A DNA stretch of 64,000 bases from Pseudomonadota bacterium (GTDB lineage Bacteria > Pseudomonadota > Alphaproteobacteria > Rhizobiales > Rhizobiaceae), in NCBI GenBank assembly GCA_023390055.1, contig JAEWDP010000075.1:19821-83820 (forward strand), given 5' to 3'. A model generated the notes under the pieces. The model saw nothing but the letters and a program-made list of their open reading frames with translations, had not been told where the DNA came from and searched no databases. The translations under genes were made by a program, and so were the position numbers. Below, in pieces: positions 10,733-21,404 of this stretch (position 1 is the stretch's first letter; each line of letters starts with the position of its first letter).

Positions 10733-11389
10733 TTAGCGATTGCCAAAAATTGCTGAACCAACACGCACGCTGGTCGCGCCGAACTGGATAGCTGTTTCGA
10801 AATCTCCGGACATGCCCATGGACATCTTCTCAAGCGCACATTGCTCGGTCAGTTTCGCGAGAAGCGCAAAATAGGGGCCCGGATTTTCTTCAACCGGTGG
10901 GATGCACATCAGGCCTTCAATTTCCACGTCGAGTTCCGACTGGCAGAATCTGACAAACTCGACGGTTTCCTTGGGCCGAATGCCGGCCTTTTGTGGTTCC
11001 AGCCCGACATTGACTTGAACATAAAGGCGGATCGAACGCTTCTGCTTCTTTATCTCGTTTGCCAGTGTACGCGCGATCTTCTCTCGATCCACCGATTCGA
11101 TAACATCGAAGAGATTGACTGCATCCGCAGCCTTGTTGGACTGTAGCGGCCCAATGAGACGGAGTTCGATGTCGGGATACTCACGCTTGAGAAGTGGCCA
11201 TTTTCCCTGGCTCTCCTGGACTCGATTCTCACCGAATATCCTTTGCCCGGCAACAATGACCGGTCGGATGGCGTCAGCATCGAAAGTTTTGGAAACGGCA
11301 ACCAACGAAACAGATCCAGATGCCCGCTTTGCCTGCTGCTCTGCTGCTCTGATCCGCAACAACACGTCCTTCAGGCGCTCTTCCATCAT
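10733..11389 (-). CDS. yggS: YggS family pyridoxal-phosphate homeostasis protein
   Basis: 218 aa with the PLP-lysine context LVAVSKT and the typical YggS C-terminus VRVGSAIFG. Confidence 0.88.
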   Translation of the reverse strand: MMEERLKDVLLRIRAAEQQAKRASGSVSLVAVSKTFDADAIRPVIVAGQRIFGENRVQESQGKWPLLKREYPDIELRLIGPLQSNKAADAVNLFDVIESVDREKIARTLANEIKKQKRSIRLYVQVNVGLEPQKAGIRPKETVEFVRFCQSELDVEIEGLMCIPPVEENPGPYFALLAKLTEQCALEKMSMGMSGDFETAIQFGATSVRVGSAIFGNR

Positions 11390-11566
11390 ACTGATACCTT
11401 TCTAGTGCAGGACCATCGATTAACGCGCGCATCTACCATTGCCAAGATGTGTAGGACATCGGTCCGAACTTTATGCTCTCGGGCCTCCGTTAAACTTGAC
11501 GCTTGCGGGGTTTCATGATGAAGGTCTGAGTAATCCCTGTCTGCATTTTCCCGGAATATCATAGAA

Positions 11567-14197
11567 ATGGCGAGTGAACGTTACAATCCACGCGAAGCCG
11601 AGCCGCGCTGGCAGCAAAAGTGGAACGATGCGAAGGTCTTCGAGACCGACAATACCGATCCGCGTGAGAAATATTATGTCCTGGAAATGTTTCCGTATCC
11701 GTCGGGTCGCATTCACATGGGCCATGTTCGCAATTATACGATGGGCGATGTCGTAGCCCGTTACAAGCGTGCAAGGGGTTACAACGTTCTCCACCCAATG
11801 GGCTGGGATGCCTTTGGGATGCCCGCAGAAAACGCTGCGCGCGACAATAAGGTCCACCCCAAGGAATGGACCTATCAGAATATAGCGTCGATGAAAGCTC
11901 AGCTGAAGGCTATGGGTCTGTCGCTCGATTGGTCGCGGGAGTTTGCGACCTGTGACATTGCGTATTATCATCGTCAGCAGCATCTTTTCCTCGATATGAT
12001 GGAAAAAGGGCTCGTCTATCGCAAACTTTCGAAAGTAAACTGGGATCCCGTCGATCACACGGTACTGGCCAATGAGCAGGTCATCGAGGGCCGCGGCTGG
12101 CGTTCGGGTGCTCTGGTAGAGCAACGGGAGCTTGTACAGTGGTTTTTCAAGATCACCGACTTTAGCCAGGATCTGCTTGACGAACTGGAATCGCTTGAGC
12201 AATGGCCGGAAAAGGTCCGGTTGATGCAGAAGAACTGGATCGGTCGCTCGGAGGGCATGACCATCCGTTGGGATTTGGTGGCAAACACTTCACCAGGCGG
12301 TCATTCGGAAATTTCCGTCTATACCACGCGGCCAGATACGCTTTTCGGCGCTTCTTTTATCGCCATAGCAGCCGATCATCCTCTTGCCAGGGACGTCGCT
12401 TCCATCAATCCAGCTGCAGCAGGCTTTGTTGAGGAATGCCGACGCTACGGCACGTCGCTCGCGGCGTTGGAGACAGCCGAGAAGAAGGGCATAGATACGG
12501 GTATTCGCGTCAAGCACCCACTAGACCCGTCCTGGGAGTTGCCGGTCTACATCGCCAACTTCGTTTTGATGGAGTATGGAACTGGCGCAATCTTTGGCTG
12601 CCCATCGGGCGATCAGCGCGACCTTGATTTCGCTCGCAAATATGGCCTTCCCGTGGTTCCGGTCGTAATGCCGGCGGAGGCCGATAAGGCCAGTTTCAAG
12701 ATTAGCGATACAGCCTATGATGGCGACGGTATCATGATCAATTCACAGTTTCTCGACGGCAAGACGCCAGAAGAAGCGTTTCAATTGGTTGCCGATCAAT
12801 TGTCGCGTACAATGCTTCGCGATATGCCTCAAGCCGAGCGAAAGATTAACTTCAGGTTGCGTGACTGGGGAATTTCGCGTCAACGTTACTGGGGCTGCCC
12901 TATTCCAGTGATCCACTGTGAGGTTTGCGGCGTCGTGCCCGTACCCAAAAGGGACCTGCCGGTCAGCTTGCCAGATGACGTGACCTTCGATCAGCCAGGC
13001 AATCCGCTGGACCGACACCCCAATTGGCGTCATGTCGCCTGCCCGCAATGTGGGGTTGATGCTCGTCGTGAAACAGACACTATGGATACCTTTGTCGATT
13101 CGAGCTGGTATTTCGCGCGATTTACCGCGCCATGGGAGGATGCGCCAACGAATCCTGCCGCAGCTAATCACTGGTTGCCGGTCGACCAGTATATAGGCGG
13201 GATCGAGCATGCGATTCTGCACTTGCTTTATTCTCGCTTCTTCACCCGAGCAATGAAGGAAACTGGTCATGTCGATGTCGAGGAGCCATTCAAGGGACTC
13301 TTCACCCAGGGAATGGTCGTCCATGAAACCTACCGTCGTGGTCAAGGCGCCGCTGGCGAGTGGGTATCACCGGCCGATATTCATATTGAGGAGGTAGATG
13401 GAAACCGGCTGGCAACACTTCTGTCCACGGGCGAACAGATTACCATCGGTTCGATCGAGAAGATGTCTAAATCAAAGAAGAACGTCGTTGACCCAGATGA
13501 CATCATCTCTTCTTATGGGGCAGATACGGCTCGCTTCTTCGTCTTGTCTGATTCTCCGCCCGACCGTGATGTCATCTGGTCTGAAGCCGGTGTTGAAGGT
13601 GCGCATAGGTTTACTCAGCGGCTGTGGCGGCTCGTTTCCGAGGCCGCAGCCAGCCTTGGTAAGACAGAGTCCGCGCCTGGCAGGCAAGGTGAGGGATTTG
13701 CGATCTCCCAGATGGCGCATAGGACCCTAAAAGCCGTCCAGGAAGACTATGATAAGCTCGCGTTCAACAGGGCTGTCGCACGCATTTACGAGATGGTCAA
13801 TTCACTCTCCACGCCGCTGACACGGATTGCTAACGGTGAGGGAGATCTCGACTATCGGGCGGCGGTACGCGAGGCTACCGAGATTCTACTGCAAATAGTT
13901 GCACCAATGACTCCTCATCTCGCGGAGGAGTGTTGGGCATCGCTCGGAAATGACCGATTGCTAAGCCAAATGTCCTGGCCGCGGTATGATCCGCAGCTGG
14001 TTGTGGAGAATCATGTTACATTACCCGTGCAAATCAACGGGAAGAAACGCGGCGAATTGACAATAGCACGTGACGCAGCCCAAGATGCAGTCGAAGCCGC
14101 GGTCTTGCAGCTGGACGCTGTTCGCGCGGCGCTGGACGGTCGGGCTCCAAAAAAGGTCATCGTCGTCCCACAAAGGATCGTGAACATTGTCGTTTGA
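11567..14197 (+). CDS. leuS: leucine--tRNA ligase
   Basis: 876 aa with HIGH-type motif [15 protein letters not shown] and a KMSKS motif (EKMSKSKKN). Confidence 0.97.
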   Translation: MASERYNPREAEPRWQQKWNDAKVFETDNTDPREKYYVLEMFPYPSGRIHMGHVRNYTMGDVVARYKRARGYNVLHPMGWDAFGMPAENAARDNKVHPKEWTYQNIASMKAQLKAMGLSLDWSREFATCDIAYYHRQQHLFLDMMEKGLVYRKLSKVNWDPVDHTVLANEQVIEGRGWRSGALVEQRELVQWFFKITDFSQDLLDELESLEQWPEKVRLMQKNWIGRSEGMTIRWDLVANTSPGGHSEISVYTTRPDTLFGASFIAIAADHPLARDVASINPAAAGFVEECRRYGTSLAALETAEKKGIDTGIRVKHPLDPSWELPVYIANFVLMEYGTGAIFGCPSGDQRDLDFARKYGLPVVPVVMPAEADKASFKISDTAYDGDGIMINSQFLDGKTPEEAFQLVADQLSRTMLRDMPQAERKINFRLRDWGISRQRYWGCPIPVIHCEVCGVVPVPKRDLPVSLPDDVTFDQPGNPLDRHPNWRHVACPQCGVDARRETDTMDTFVDSSWYFARFTAPWEDAPTNPAAANHWLPVDQYIGGIEHAILHLLYSRFFTRAMKETGHVDVEEPFKGLFTQGMVVHETYRRGQGAAGEWVSPADIHIEEVDGNRLATLLSTGEQITIGSIEKMSKSKKNVVDPDDIISSYGADTARFFVLSDSPPDRDVIWSEAGVEGAHRFTQRLWRLVSEAAASLGKTESAPGRQGEGFAISQMAHRTLKAVQEDYDKLAFNRAVARIYEMVNSLSTPLTRIANGEGDLDYRAAVREATEILLQIVAPMTPHLAEECWASLGNDRLLSQMSWPRYDPQLVVENHVTLPVQINGKKRGELTIARDAAQDAVEAAVLQLDAVRAALDGRAPKKVIVVPQRIVNIVV

Positions 14198-14738
14198 CAT
14201 CTTACACACCATCCGCACTGGGATCGCGATCGTAGTAGCTGTCCTTTTCGTGGTTACTTTGTCGGCCTGTCAGGTCCAACCATTGTATGCAGAGACCTCA
14301 GGAGTCAGCAGCCATCTGGCAGAAATCGGGTTTTCAGACCCGCGTAGCCGGGTAGGGCAAGAAGTTCGTAACCATTTGATTTTCTTAACTTCTGGTGGAA
14401 GTGGAGAGGCGTTAAGTCCGCGCTATAACGTTCAGTTGGCTGTATCTTCCGTCTATAACGATATCCTTGACGATGAAGACGCGAAAGGCCTGCAGCCAGG
14501 CCGTGTTATCGTGACGGGTACCTATTCACTATCGCGTATCAGCGATGGTGAGCACCTGAAGTCTGGCAGTCGTCGGGCAACATCTCTTCTGGATGTATCG
14601 CGCCAAGAGTTTGCCGAGATTAGATCCGTGCGGGATGCCGAGAACCGAGCCGCGCGCGAACTGGCCGAGTTTATTCGTGCCGACCTTGCCAGAGCGCTTG
14701 CGAAGGAACCATCGCCACAACCGTCATGGCAGAAATAA
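14187..14738 (+). CDS. lptE: LPS-assembly lipoprotein LptE
   Basis: 183 aa with a signal peptide and lipobox (VVTLSAC). Its position in the conserved leuS-lptE-holA order supports the call. The start is a TTG that overlaps the leuS stop. Confidence 0.7.
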   Translation: MSFDILHTIRTGIAIVVAVLFVVTLSACQVQPLYAETSGVSSHLAEIGFSDPRSRVGQEVRNHLIFLTSGGSGEALSPRYNVQLAVSSVYNDILDDEDAKGLQPGRVIVTGTYSLSRISDGEHLKSGSRRATSLLDVSRQEFAEIRSVRDAENRAARELAEFIRADLARALAKEPSPQPSWQK

Positions 14739-15778
14739 AATCGCATGAATTTGAACGTTTTTCCAAAAGAGCCAATGAGCTCTATCGGATCTTCGTTGTT
14801 TATGGACCGGACCGCGGGCTCGTGTCAGAAAGAGCAGCATTGCTCGTGAATAAGTCCGGTATCGCAAAGGATGACCCTTTTGCGACGCTGAAGCTCGACG
14901 CAGCTGACCTACTCAACGATCCCGGCCGGCTTCTCGACGAGGTCAACGCTCTTGGCCTCTTTGGTGGCGAAAAGCTGGTATGGCTGCGAAATACATCAAA
15001 TGAGAAGGCTGTGGTGGATGCATTGCGGCATCTGTCTGAAGCTCCACCGCCGGTGAATTACCTGATCATTGAAGCTGGTGATCTGAAAAAGGGCACTGGC
15101 CTCCGCAAGATTGCGGAACCTTCCAGAAATATTGCGACGATACCCTGCTACGCGGATGACACTCGTGCGCTCAACGCGCTTATCGACCTCGTCCTGGCCG
15201 AGGATGGATTGAAAATCTCTCCCTCTGCTCGCCGTCGGCTTCTCGAGTTGATCGGTGGCGATCGCGTTGCCTCACGCAATGAAATCAGCAAGCTTGCCCT
15301 CTACTGTCGCGGTAAGGAAACGATAGAGGAAGATGACGTCGTAGCTATTATCGGCGACGCAAGCAGTGCATCAGTCGATGACGCCATCGACGCCATATTG
15401 ATCGGAGATCTAGCCGCGCTCCGGCATGCCCTGCAAAAGGTAACCGCATCGAAGACACCGCTTTTTCTCGTTATGCAGTCCTGCTTGAGACAATTCCAGA
15501 TGATGGAGTTGATGCGGGCAGAAATGGATGAAAAGGGTGCACAAGCTGCACAGATTACGCAAACATTTGGGCGGCGTATTCACTTCAAACGCAAGCCCAT
15601 CATCGAGAAGGCATTGAGAAACTGGACCCTTGATGCCTTGTCGCGTGAGGCGGAACGGATACATTCAGCAATACTGGAAGGCCGCAAGAGGCAGACTTTA
15701 GAGGTTGATATTGCTTTTCAGACTTTAATGGTAATTGCACTGCATTCGAAGCGGGCGTATCGCCGGACCGCTGGCTAG
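14726..15778 (+). CDS. holA: DNA polymerase III subunit delta
   Basis: 350 aa, positioned after lptE, with a HolA-like N-terminus (YRIFVVYGPDRGLVSERA). Confidence 0.8.
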   Translation: MAEIKSHEFERFSKRANELYRIFVVYGPDRGLVSERAALLVNKSGIAKDDPFATLKLDAADLLNDPGRLLDEVNALGLFGGEKLVWLRNTSNEKAVVDALRHLSEAPPPVNYLIIEAGDLKKGTGLRKIAEPSRNIATIPCYADDTRALNALIDLVLAEDGLKISPSARRRLLELIGGDRVASRNEISKLALYCRGKETIEEDDVVAIIGDASSASVDDAIDAILIGDLAALRHALQKVTASKTPLFLVMQSCLRQFQMMELMRAEMDEKGAQAAQITQTFGRRIHFKRKPIIEKALRNWTLDALSREAERIHSAILEGRKRQTLEVDIAFQTLMVIALHSKRAYRRTAG

Positions 15779-16654
15779 TCAGCGCCGCTCAAGCAGCCTG
15801 CAGATTTCTTCAAGCTGCTCAAGGGTCTTGTAGCTGATGCGTACCTGTCCTGCTCCACCTTTGTGATTGATCCTGACCTCAAGGCCCAGGGCGTCCGATA
15901 AGGTCCGCTCCAACGCAAGAGTATCAGAATCCTTCTGCTCTTTCTTGGCAACATGCGGCTGCGATTGTGCCTTAATATCATTTTGAGCCAAGCGCTCGGC
16001 ATCACGAACAGACATCCCTCTGGACACGATGGTTCGGGCTAATGCAGCTGGGTCCGAAGTGGTTATGAGAGCCCTTGCATGACCAGCGGAAAGTTCTCCT
16101 CCGGCAAGCATGCTGCGCACCGGCTCTGGTAGTTTCAACAGCCGGAGACTATTGGCTACATGACTCCGACTCTTACCTATGATCCCACCAAGATCATTCT
16201 GAGTATAGCCATACTCAGCAATCAGTTGATCGTATCCCAGCGCTTCTTCCAACGGATTAAGGTCGGCCCGCTGCACATTCTCAACAATCGCGATCTCCAA
16301 CGCGGTCCGATCGTCAACATCGCGTACGATAACCGGGATCTCATGCAGGCCCGACAGTTGCGCCGCTCTCCACCGGCGCTCGCCAGCAATAATCTCGTAG
16401 CGATCTCCAATAGGTCGAACAACAACTGGCTGAACAATGCCATGCTGACGAACGGAGCTGGCGAGATCCTGAAGATCGTTCTCATCAAACTGTCTTCTCG
16501 GGTTTCGTGGATTTGGCCCCACATGCTCTATCGGAACCAATCGGTCCGGATTGACGCCGCGGGCCGATGATCCCACCGGCGAAGTGTGATCCATCTCACC
16601 AATCAGAGCTGCAAGGCCCCGTCCAAGCCGACGTTTAGAAGGATCGTCACTCAT
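15779..16654 (-). CDS. parB: chromosome partitioning protein ParB
   Basis: 291 aa with ParB box motif IIAGERRWRAA and an HTH region GYTQNDLGGIIGKSRSHVANSLRLLKLP. Confidence 0.95.
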   Translation of the reverse strand: MSDDPSKRRLGRGLAALIGEMDHTSPVGSSARGVNPDRLVPIEHVGPNPRNPRRQFDENDLQDLASSVRQHGIVQPVVVRPIGDRYEIIAGERRWRAAQLSGLHEIPVIVRDVDDRTALEIAIVENVQRADLNPLEEALGYDQLIAEYGYTQNDLGGIIGKSRSHVANSLRLLKLPEPVRSMLAGGELSAGHARALITTSDPAALARTIVSRGMSVRDAERLAQNDIKAQSQPHVAKKEQKDSDTLALERTLSDALGLEVRINHKGGAGQVRISYKTLEQLEEICRLLERR

Positions 16655-16672
16655 TCTCTTACCACCAATCTG

Positions 16673-17461
16673 TTATGCCGCCTTTCGCTGGCGCTCTCTT
16701 TGTATGACCTCGGAGGCCAGTTGCAGATAGGCCTGACTACCCGCACATTTGAGGTCATATAGAATTGCAGGCTTTCCATAGCTTGGCGCTTCGGACACTC
16801 GTACGTTTCGAGGAATTAGAGTGTGATACACCTTGTCTCCGAGAAAGGTTCGAACATCATTCACAACCTGTTGAGCAAGGTTGTTGCGCGAATCAAACAT
16901 CGTAAGAACAATGCCTTGGATATCAATTGCTGGGTTCACGGTCTGACGCACTTGGTTCACTGTCTCCAGCAACTGACTCAGCCCTTCCAGCGCAAAGAAC
17001 TCGCACTGCAGAGGAACGAGCACCGACTGCGCTGCTGCCATTGCATTCATGGTCAGAAGGTTGAACGAAGGCGGGCAGTCAAGAATTATGTATGAATATG
17101 GTGGAAGCGTTTCAGTCAGCGCGCGTTTTAGACGAAATACGCGATCCGGTTCCTGGGCGATCTCCATCTCGAATCCCAAGAGATCCATGGTAGATGGTAT
17201 TATGGAAAGATTAGGGACTGCGGTTGGCAGAACTGAATGTTCGACGGAATGATGTCCCATCAGAAGGTCATACGAAGAAGTCGCTCTATCACGGCGGTCG
17301 ATGCCGAGACCGGTACTCGCATTTCCTTGCGGATCCAGATCGATAATTAGGACCTGCTCGCCAATTGCGGCCAGAGCCGTCGCGAGGTTGATTGCAGTAG
17401 TGGTTTTACCAACACCGCCCTTTTGATTGGCTATCGTTATAATGCGACTACGATGGTTCAT
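16673..17461 (-). CDS. parA: chromosome partitioning ATPase ParA
   Basis: Deviant Walker [11 protein letters not shown]. The track ORF begins at a TTG at 17488. I prefer ATG 17461 (MNHRSRIITIANQKGG), but the start is not certain. Confidence 0.92.
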   Translation of the reverse strand: MNHRSRIITIANQKGGVGKTTTAINLATALAAIGEQVLIIDLDPQGNASTGLGIDRRDRATSSYDLLMGHHSVEHSVLPTAVPNLSIIPSTMDLLGFEMEIAQEPDRVFRLKRALTETLPPYSYIILDCPPSFNLLTMNAMAAAQSVLVPLQCEFFALEGLSQLLETVNQVRQTVNPAIDIQGIVLTMFDSRNNLAQQVVNDVRTFLGDKVYHTLIPRNVRVSEAPSYGKPAILYDLKCAGSQAYLQLASEVIQRERQRKAA

Positions 17462-17484
17462 GCGGCACCCGATGACTGTGCAGG

Positions 17485-18102
17485 TCAATCCTTTGGCCGG
17501 AGCTCGCTGATCTCAAGGATCACTGAGTCGTTCTCGACGGCACTTTCATGTATTACCAGATCAAAATCCCAATCACCACGTGCATTATCCAGTTCGCGAC
17601 GGTAATCCCGACCTTTATGAAGCAATGCTTTACATCGGCTGCCGACCATCCAGGGTGCACAATAGTCGAGAAGTGGTTTGAGTTCGGCCAGGGCTCGCGC
17701 CGATATCACGTCGCACGAAGGGATCCGCTCGGGAGCGTTCTCGATTCGCATCGGGTAAACAGAGCCTCGTGCCTGGCATTCCATGAGCGCTATTCGCAGG
17801 AAAGCTGCCTTCTTCTGATTGCTCTCCACCAGGTGGACCCATCCCTGCCCCGCCTCTGCAAGCATGATCGCAGTAATGATACCTGGAAATCCTCCACCAG
17901 AGCCCAAGTCAAGCCATACCGAGGGTTCCGGATGAAGCTGATGCAACTGTGCGCTGTCAGAGATATGTCGACTCCATGCTTCGCTAAGCGTCGACGGTGC
18001 AACGAGATTTATGCTCTTCGCCCATTTCTGGAAGAGTAGCACAAAGCGCTCCAGACGCTCTTGTGTTTCACGTGAAACACGCTTTCCGTTCAACTGCATC
18101 AC
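17485..18102 (-). CDS. rsmG: 16S rRNA (guanine527-N7)-methyltransferase RsmG (GidB)
   Basis: 205 aa with SAM motif [11 protein letters not shown] and the N-terminal VSRET motif common in RsmG. It overlaps the mnmG stop by 4 nt. Confidence 0.93.
   Translation of the reverse strand: MMQLNGKRVSRETQERLERFVLLFQKWAKSINLVAPSTLSEAWSRHISDSAQLHQLHPEPSVWLDLGSGGGFPGIITAIMLAEAGQGWVHLVESNQKKAAFLRIALMECQARGSVYPMRIENAPERIPSCDVISARALAELKPLLDYCAPWMVGSRCKALLHKGRDYRRELDNARGDWDFDLVIHESAVENDSVILEISELRPKD
18064..18079. other. parS site, perfect 16/16, inside rsmG
   Basis: TGTTTCACGTGAAACA is an exact match to the canonical ParB-binding palindrome. It sits within an 18-bp perfect palindrome GTGTTTCACGTGAAACAC (18063-18080). 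Confidence 0.85.
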
Positions 18103-19970
18103 TGGACTCGCGATGCGGGCTGGACGCGATGTCTACGAATCATTGCAAGGAGCAATGCGGTAGCGGCAGGGGTCATTCCCTCTATACGAGCAGCATGTGC
18201 CAAGGAGACGGGGCGTTGAGCCGAGAGTTTTGCCTTTAGTTCATTCGACAAGCCGGAGAGTTCGCTATAGTCAAATGATTCAGGAATGCTCAGGCTCTCA
18301 TCGCGCCGGAGCACCTGTATGTCGCCATGCTGGCGTTCAAGATATACCGCGTATCCCGCTTCAATCTCCATAGCCGAGGAAACGAGGGGCTCCATTTCCA
18401 TAAACTCGGGCCAGATACTCTTAATCTCTTCAATGCCAACCCCAGGATGTGCCAGAAGATCATAAGCGCTGCGCCTTTTTCCGTCATGATTCAGCTGCAA
18501 GCCATGTCGGCCGGCCTCATTCGGGCTCAATGAAACGCCTTGGAGCCTGTCACGCCATCGACGCAGATCATCCCGATACCGGGCAAAGCGATCGGCGCGT
18601 AACGAGCCCACTAAACCCAGTTCAATGCCTTGCGCCGTCAACCTTTCGTCTGCGTTATCAGCCCTGAGCGACAGGCGATACTCGGCTCGAGATGTAAACA
18701 TGCGATAGGGCTCAGTGACGCCACGTGTCGTCAGGTCGTCGATCATGACGCCGATATAGGACGTCGCACGGCTGAACTGAACGGCTGGCTCGCCGCCTGC
18801 CCGCCGGCTGGCATTCAATCCGGCAACCAGCCCTTGGGCAGCCGCCTCTTCGTATCCCGTCGTTCCATTAATCTGACCAGCAAGAAAGAGTCCGGAAACG
18901 TTTTTCACTTCGAGCGTGGCATCAAGCTCCCGTGGGTCGACATGGTCATACTCAATGGCATACCCAGGTTGAATCAGACGAACGTTTTCGAGGCCTGCGA
19001 TGGTCCTAATAAATTCATTCTGAACGGCGGCTGGTAACGATGTCGAGATCCCGTTCGGATAGACAGTGTTGTCGTCAAGACCCTCGGGCTCCAAGAAAAT
19101 CTGATGTCCGTCACGTTCTCCGAACCGCACGATCTTGTCCTCTATCGACGGACAATAACGGGGTCCGACCCCTTCGATCTGGCCGGAGTACATTGCGGAT
19201 TGGGTTATATTCTCTCTTATTATGGAATGAGTTGCTTCATTCGTCCGTGTTACGCCGCAGGAAATCTGGGGATTCCTAATCCGATCAGTCATGAAGGAGA
19301 ATGGAACCGGTTTCTCGTCGGCATCCTGGCGGCCAATCGACTGCCAGTCGATTGTTGAACCATCCAGCCGCGCTGGCGTTCCGGTCTTTAACCTTCCTAG
19401 CTTGAGATTCAACCGTTGCAAAGTGTTAGAGAGTCCAAGAGAAGGTGCTTCACCTACCCGTCCAGCCGGTGTCCTTTCGGATCCGATATGAATAACTCCC
19501 CTAAGAAATGTTCCTGTCGTCAGAACCACCGCACCGGTCGACAAGAATCGCCCATCCGCGAGCATAACTCCCGTCACCAATCGCCCGTTCATGGAGATAT
19601 CAAATGCGTCCCCTTCGACAATGGCGAGGTTGTCCAGTTCGAAAACCTCCTTCTGCATAGCCGTCTGGTAGAGCCGACGATCCGCTTGAGTACGGGGTCC
19701 TCGCACAGCCGGTCCTTTCCGCCTGTTGAGTAGTCTGAACTGAATACCGGAGGCGTCCGCCACTCGTCCCATTAAGCCGTCCAGTGCATCCACTTCGCGG
19801 ACAAGATGCCCTTTGCCTAGTCCTCCGATGGCTGGATTACAGGACATGACCCCAATGGTCTCACGTGTGTGTGTTACCAAGGCAGTCCTTGCACCCCTGC
19901 GGGCAGAGGCGCTGGCAGCTTCACAACCCGCATGTCCGCCCCCGATAACAATAACATCAAATTTACTCAT
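18099..19970 (-). CDS. mnmG: tRNA uridine-5-carboxymethylaminomethyl synthesis enzyme MnmG (GidA)
   Basis: FAD motif [17 protein letters not shown] 19970 ([12 protein letters not shown]) is preferred over the track start at 20009. The 13 extra codons ([13 protein letters not shown]) are just the read-through of a parS site. Confidence 0.96.
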   Translation of the reverse strand: MSKFDVIVIGGGHAGCEAASASARRGARTALVTHTRETIGVMSCNPAIGGLGKGHLVREVDALDGLMGRVADASGIQFRLLNRRKGPAVRGPRTQADRRLYQTAMQKEVFELDNLAIVEGDAFDISMNGRLVTGVMLADGRFLSTGAVVLTTGTFLRGVIHIGSERTPAGRVGEAPSLGLSNTLQRLNLKLGRLKTGTPARLDGSTIDWQSIGRQDADEKPVPFSFMTDRIRNPQISCGVTRTNEATHSIIRENITQSAMYSGQIEGVGPRYCPSIEDKIVRFGERDGHQIFLEPEGLDDNTVYPNGISTSLPAAVQNEFIRTIAGLENVRLIQPGYAIEYDHVDPRELDATLEVKNVSGLFLAGQINGTTGYEEAAAQGLVAGLNASRRAGGEPAVQFSRATSYIGVMIDDLTTRGVTEPYRMFTSRAEYRLSLRADNADERLTAQGIELGLVGSLRADRFARYRDDLRRWRDRLQGVSLSPNEAGRHGLQLNHDGKRRSAYDLLAHPGVGIEEIKSIWPEFMEMEPLVSSAMEIEAGYAVYLERQHGDIQVLRRDESLSIPESFDYSELSGLSNELKAKLSAQRPVSLAHAARIEGMTPAATALLLAMIRRHRVQPASRVQ

Positions 19971-19992
19971 CTTCGTGTCGCTAGTCGTTATG

Positions 19993-20008
19993 TGTTTCAC
20001 GTGAATCA
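19993..20008. other. parS-like site (15/16), mnmE-mnmG spacer
   Basis: TGTTTCACGTGAATCA. Its reverse complement, TGATTCACGTGAAACA, is identical to the sites at 26281 and 35011. Confidence 0.7.
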
Positions 20009-20015
20009 TTGGAAT

Positions 20016-21332
20016 TCATTTGCCGATGCAGAACTGTGAGAAAATGACGTCAAGTAACTGTTCTACATCCACGTGTCCGGTAATGCGTCCAAGTGAGGCC
20101 GCAGCAATTCGCAGGTGTTCGGCTCTCAACTCGAGTTCAACTGCGTTTAATGCTGCATTCACCGAATCGGAAGCTTCTCGAAGTAACTCGATCTGCCGTT
20201 CTCGTGTAGGCACAGCTGATCCCGACCAGACATCGCGAATGCGAGAGAGTATGTGAGATCGTAACTCATTCAGTCCATCCCCGGATTTCGTCGAGATTAA
20301 GACATCATATCGCTGCGTGTGGGGTTTTCCGAGATCGCTCTTTGTACCAATATGCAGGACTTCCCCTTCGATCAAGTCAAGGTGGTCGTCTCGTGAGCCA
20401 ATTTCCGACAATTGCAGGACAAGGTCTGCCTGTGCGATCATCTCATTTGCACGACGAACCCCCTCTCGCTCCACGACATCATCCGTGTTACGCAATCCGG
20501 CAGTATCAAACACGCGTACCAGATACCCCTCAATGTCGAGATCCACTTGCAGAACATCGCGCGTTGTACCTGCAATATCTGTAACGATGGCGACTTCGCG
20601 TTGAGCGAGCCGATTGATCAAGCTAGACTTGCCTGCATTTGGGGGCCCTACAATGGCAATCTTATAGCCACCACGAATGATTTCGCCTGTCTTGGCGGAC
20701 ACGACATGTTGCTCGAGTTCCCCAGCAATAGTTTCGATGTCACTCAGAACCGACGTATCGGCTGCTCCGGCAGCGTCCTCTTCATCGGCGAAGTCGAGTT
20801 CCGCTTCGATCATCGCCCGCACAAATGTCAGACGCCTGGCCCAGTCTTGATACAAATCGGATTGTCCGCCAAAACTTTGTTCGATAGCCAGACGTCGCTG
20901 CATCTCCGTTTCAGCCGCAATAAGTTCAGCAAGACCCTCCGCCTCAACAAGGTCAAGACGTCCATTTTCGAAGGCGCGGCGTGAAAATTCCCCCGCCTCT
21001 GCCAAACGGCATTGCTCGATCAACCCTATCTCTCTCAGGACGGCATTGACCACAGCCCTACTTCCATGGAGTTGCAGTTCGACAATGTCTTCACCTGTAA
21101 AGGAATGCGGCGAGGGAAAGGTCAGGGTCAGCGCACGATCGAGTATGAGGCCCGCTCGGTTTCTGATTGTGCGTAAACTTGCTAATCGTGGTTCTCCGGG
21201 TGGCGTACCGGTCAACAACTCAAGAACTGTAAATGCGCTTGGTCCGCTTACCCGCACCACAGCCACGCCAGCTGGCAACGTGCCACTTGATAGCGCATAG
21301 ATTGTGTCTAACTGCGTGTCGCAATTTGTCAC
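20016..21332 (-). CDS. mnmE: tRNA modification GTPase MnmE (TrmE)
   Basis: 438 aa with G1 motif GPPNAGKSSLIN, N-terminal DTIYALSSG and the C-terminal FCIGK tail. The start codon is GTG. Confidence 0.95.
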   Translation of the reverse strand: MTNCDTQLDTIYALSSGTLPAGVAVVRVSGPSAFTVLELLTGTPPGEPRLASLRTIRNRAGLILDRALTLTFPSPHSFTGEDIVELQLHGSRAVVNAVLREIGLIEQCRLAEAGEFSRRAFENGRLDLVEAEGLAELIAAETEMQRRLAIEQSFGGQSDLYQDWARRLTFVRAMIEAELDFADEEDAAGAADTSVLSDIETIAGELEQHVVSAKTGEIIRGGYKIAIVGPPNAGKSSLINRLAQREVAIVTDIAGTTRDVLQVDLDIEGYLVRVFDTAGLRNTDDVVEREGVRRANEMIAQADLVLQLSEIGSRDDHLDLIEGEVLHIGTKSDLGKPHTQRYDVLISTKSGDGLNELRSHILSRIRDVWSGSAVPTRERQIELLREASDSVNAALNAVELELRAEHLRIAAASLGRITGHVDVEQLLDVIFSQFCIGK

Positions 21333-21341
21333 AGGGCATAT

Positions 21342-21381
21342 CCAAAAACAATTAAGCGCCCGACGAGTACGCCGAGCGCTT
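21342..21381 (-). terminator. possible terminator after rho
   Basis: On the minus strand the stem AAGCGC...GCGCTT is followed by AATTGTTTTTGG. The stem is short. Confidence 0.35.
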
Positions 21382-21404
21382 CTTAGGAAGAATCCGGCTA
21401 ATTA

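Noticed and set aside
11513-13345. Long minus-strand ORFs of 229 aa (11513-12202) and 200 aa (12743-13345).
   Set aside because: Both are almost entirely antisense to the confidently identified leuS. Their sequences are low-complexity and carry no motifs, which is typical of shadow ORFs opposite a highly constrained gene.
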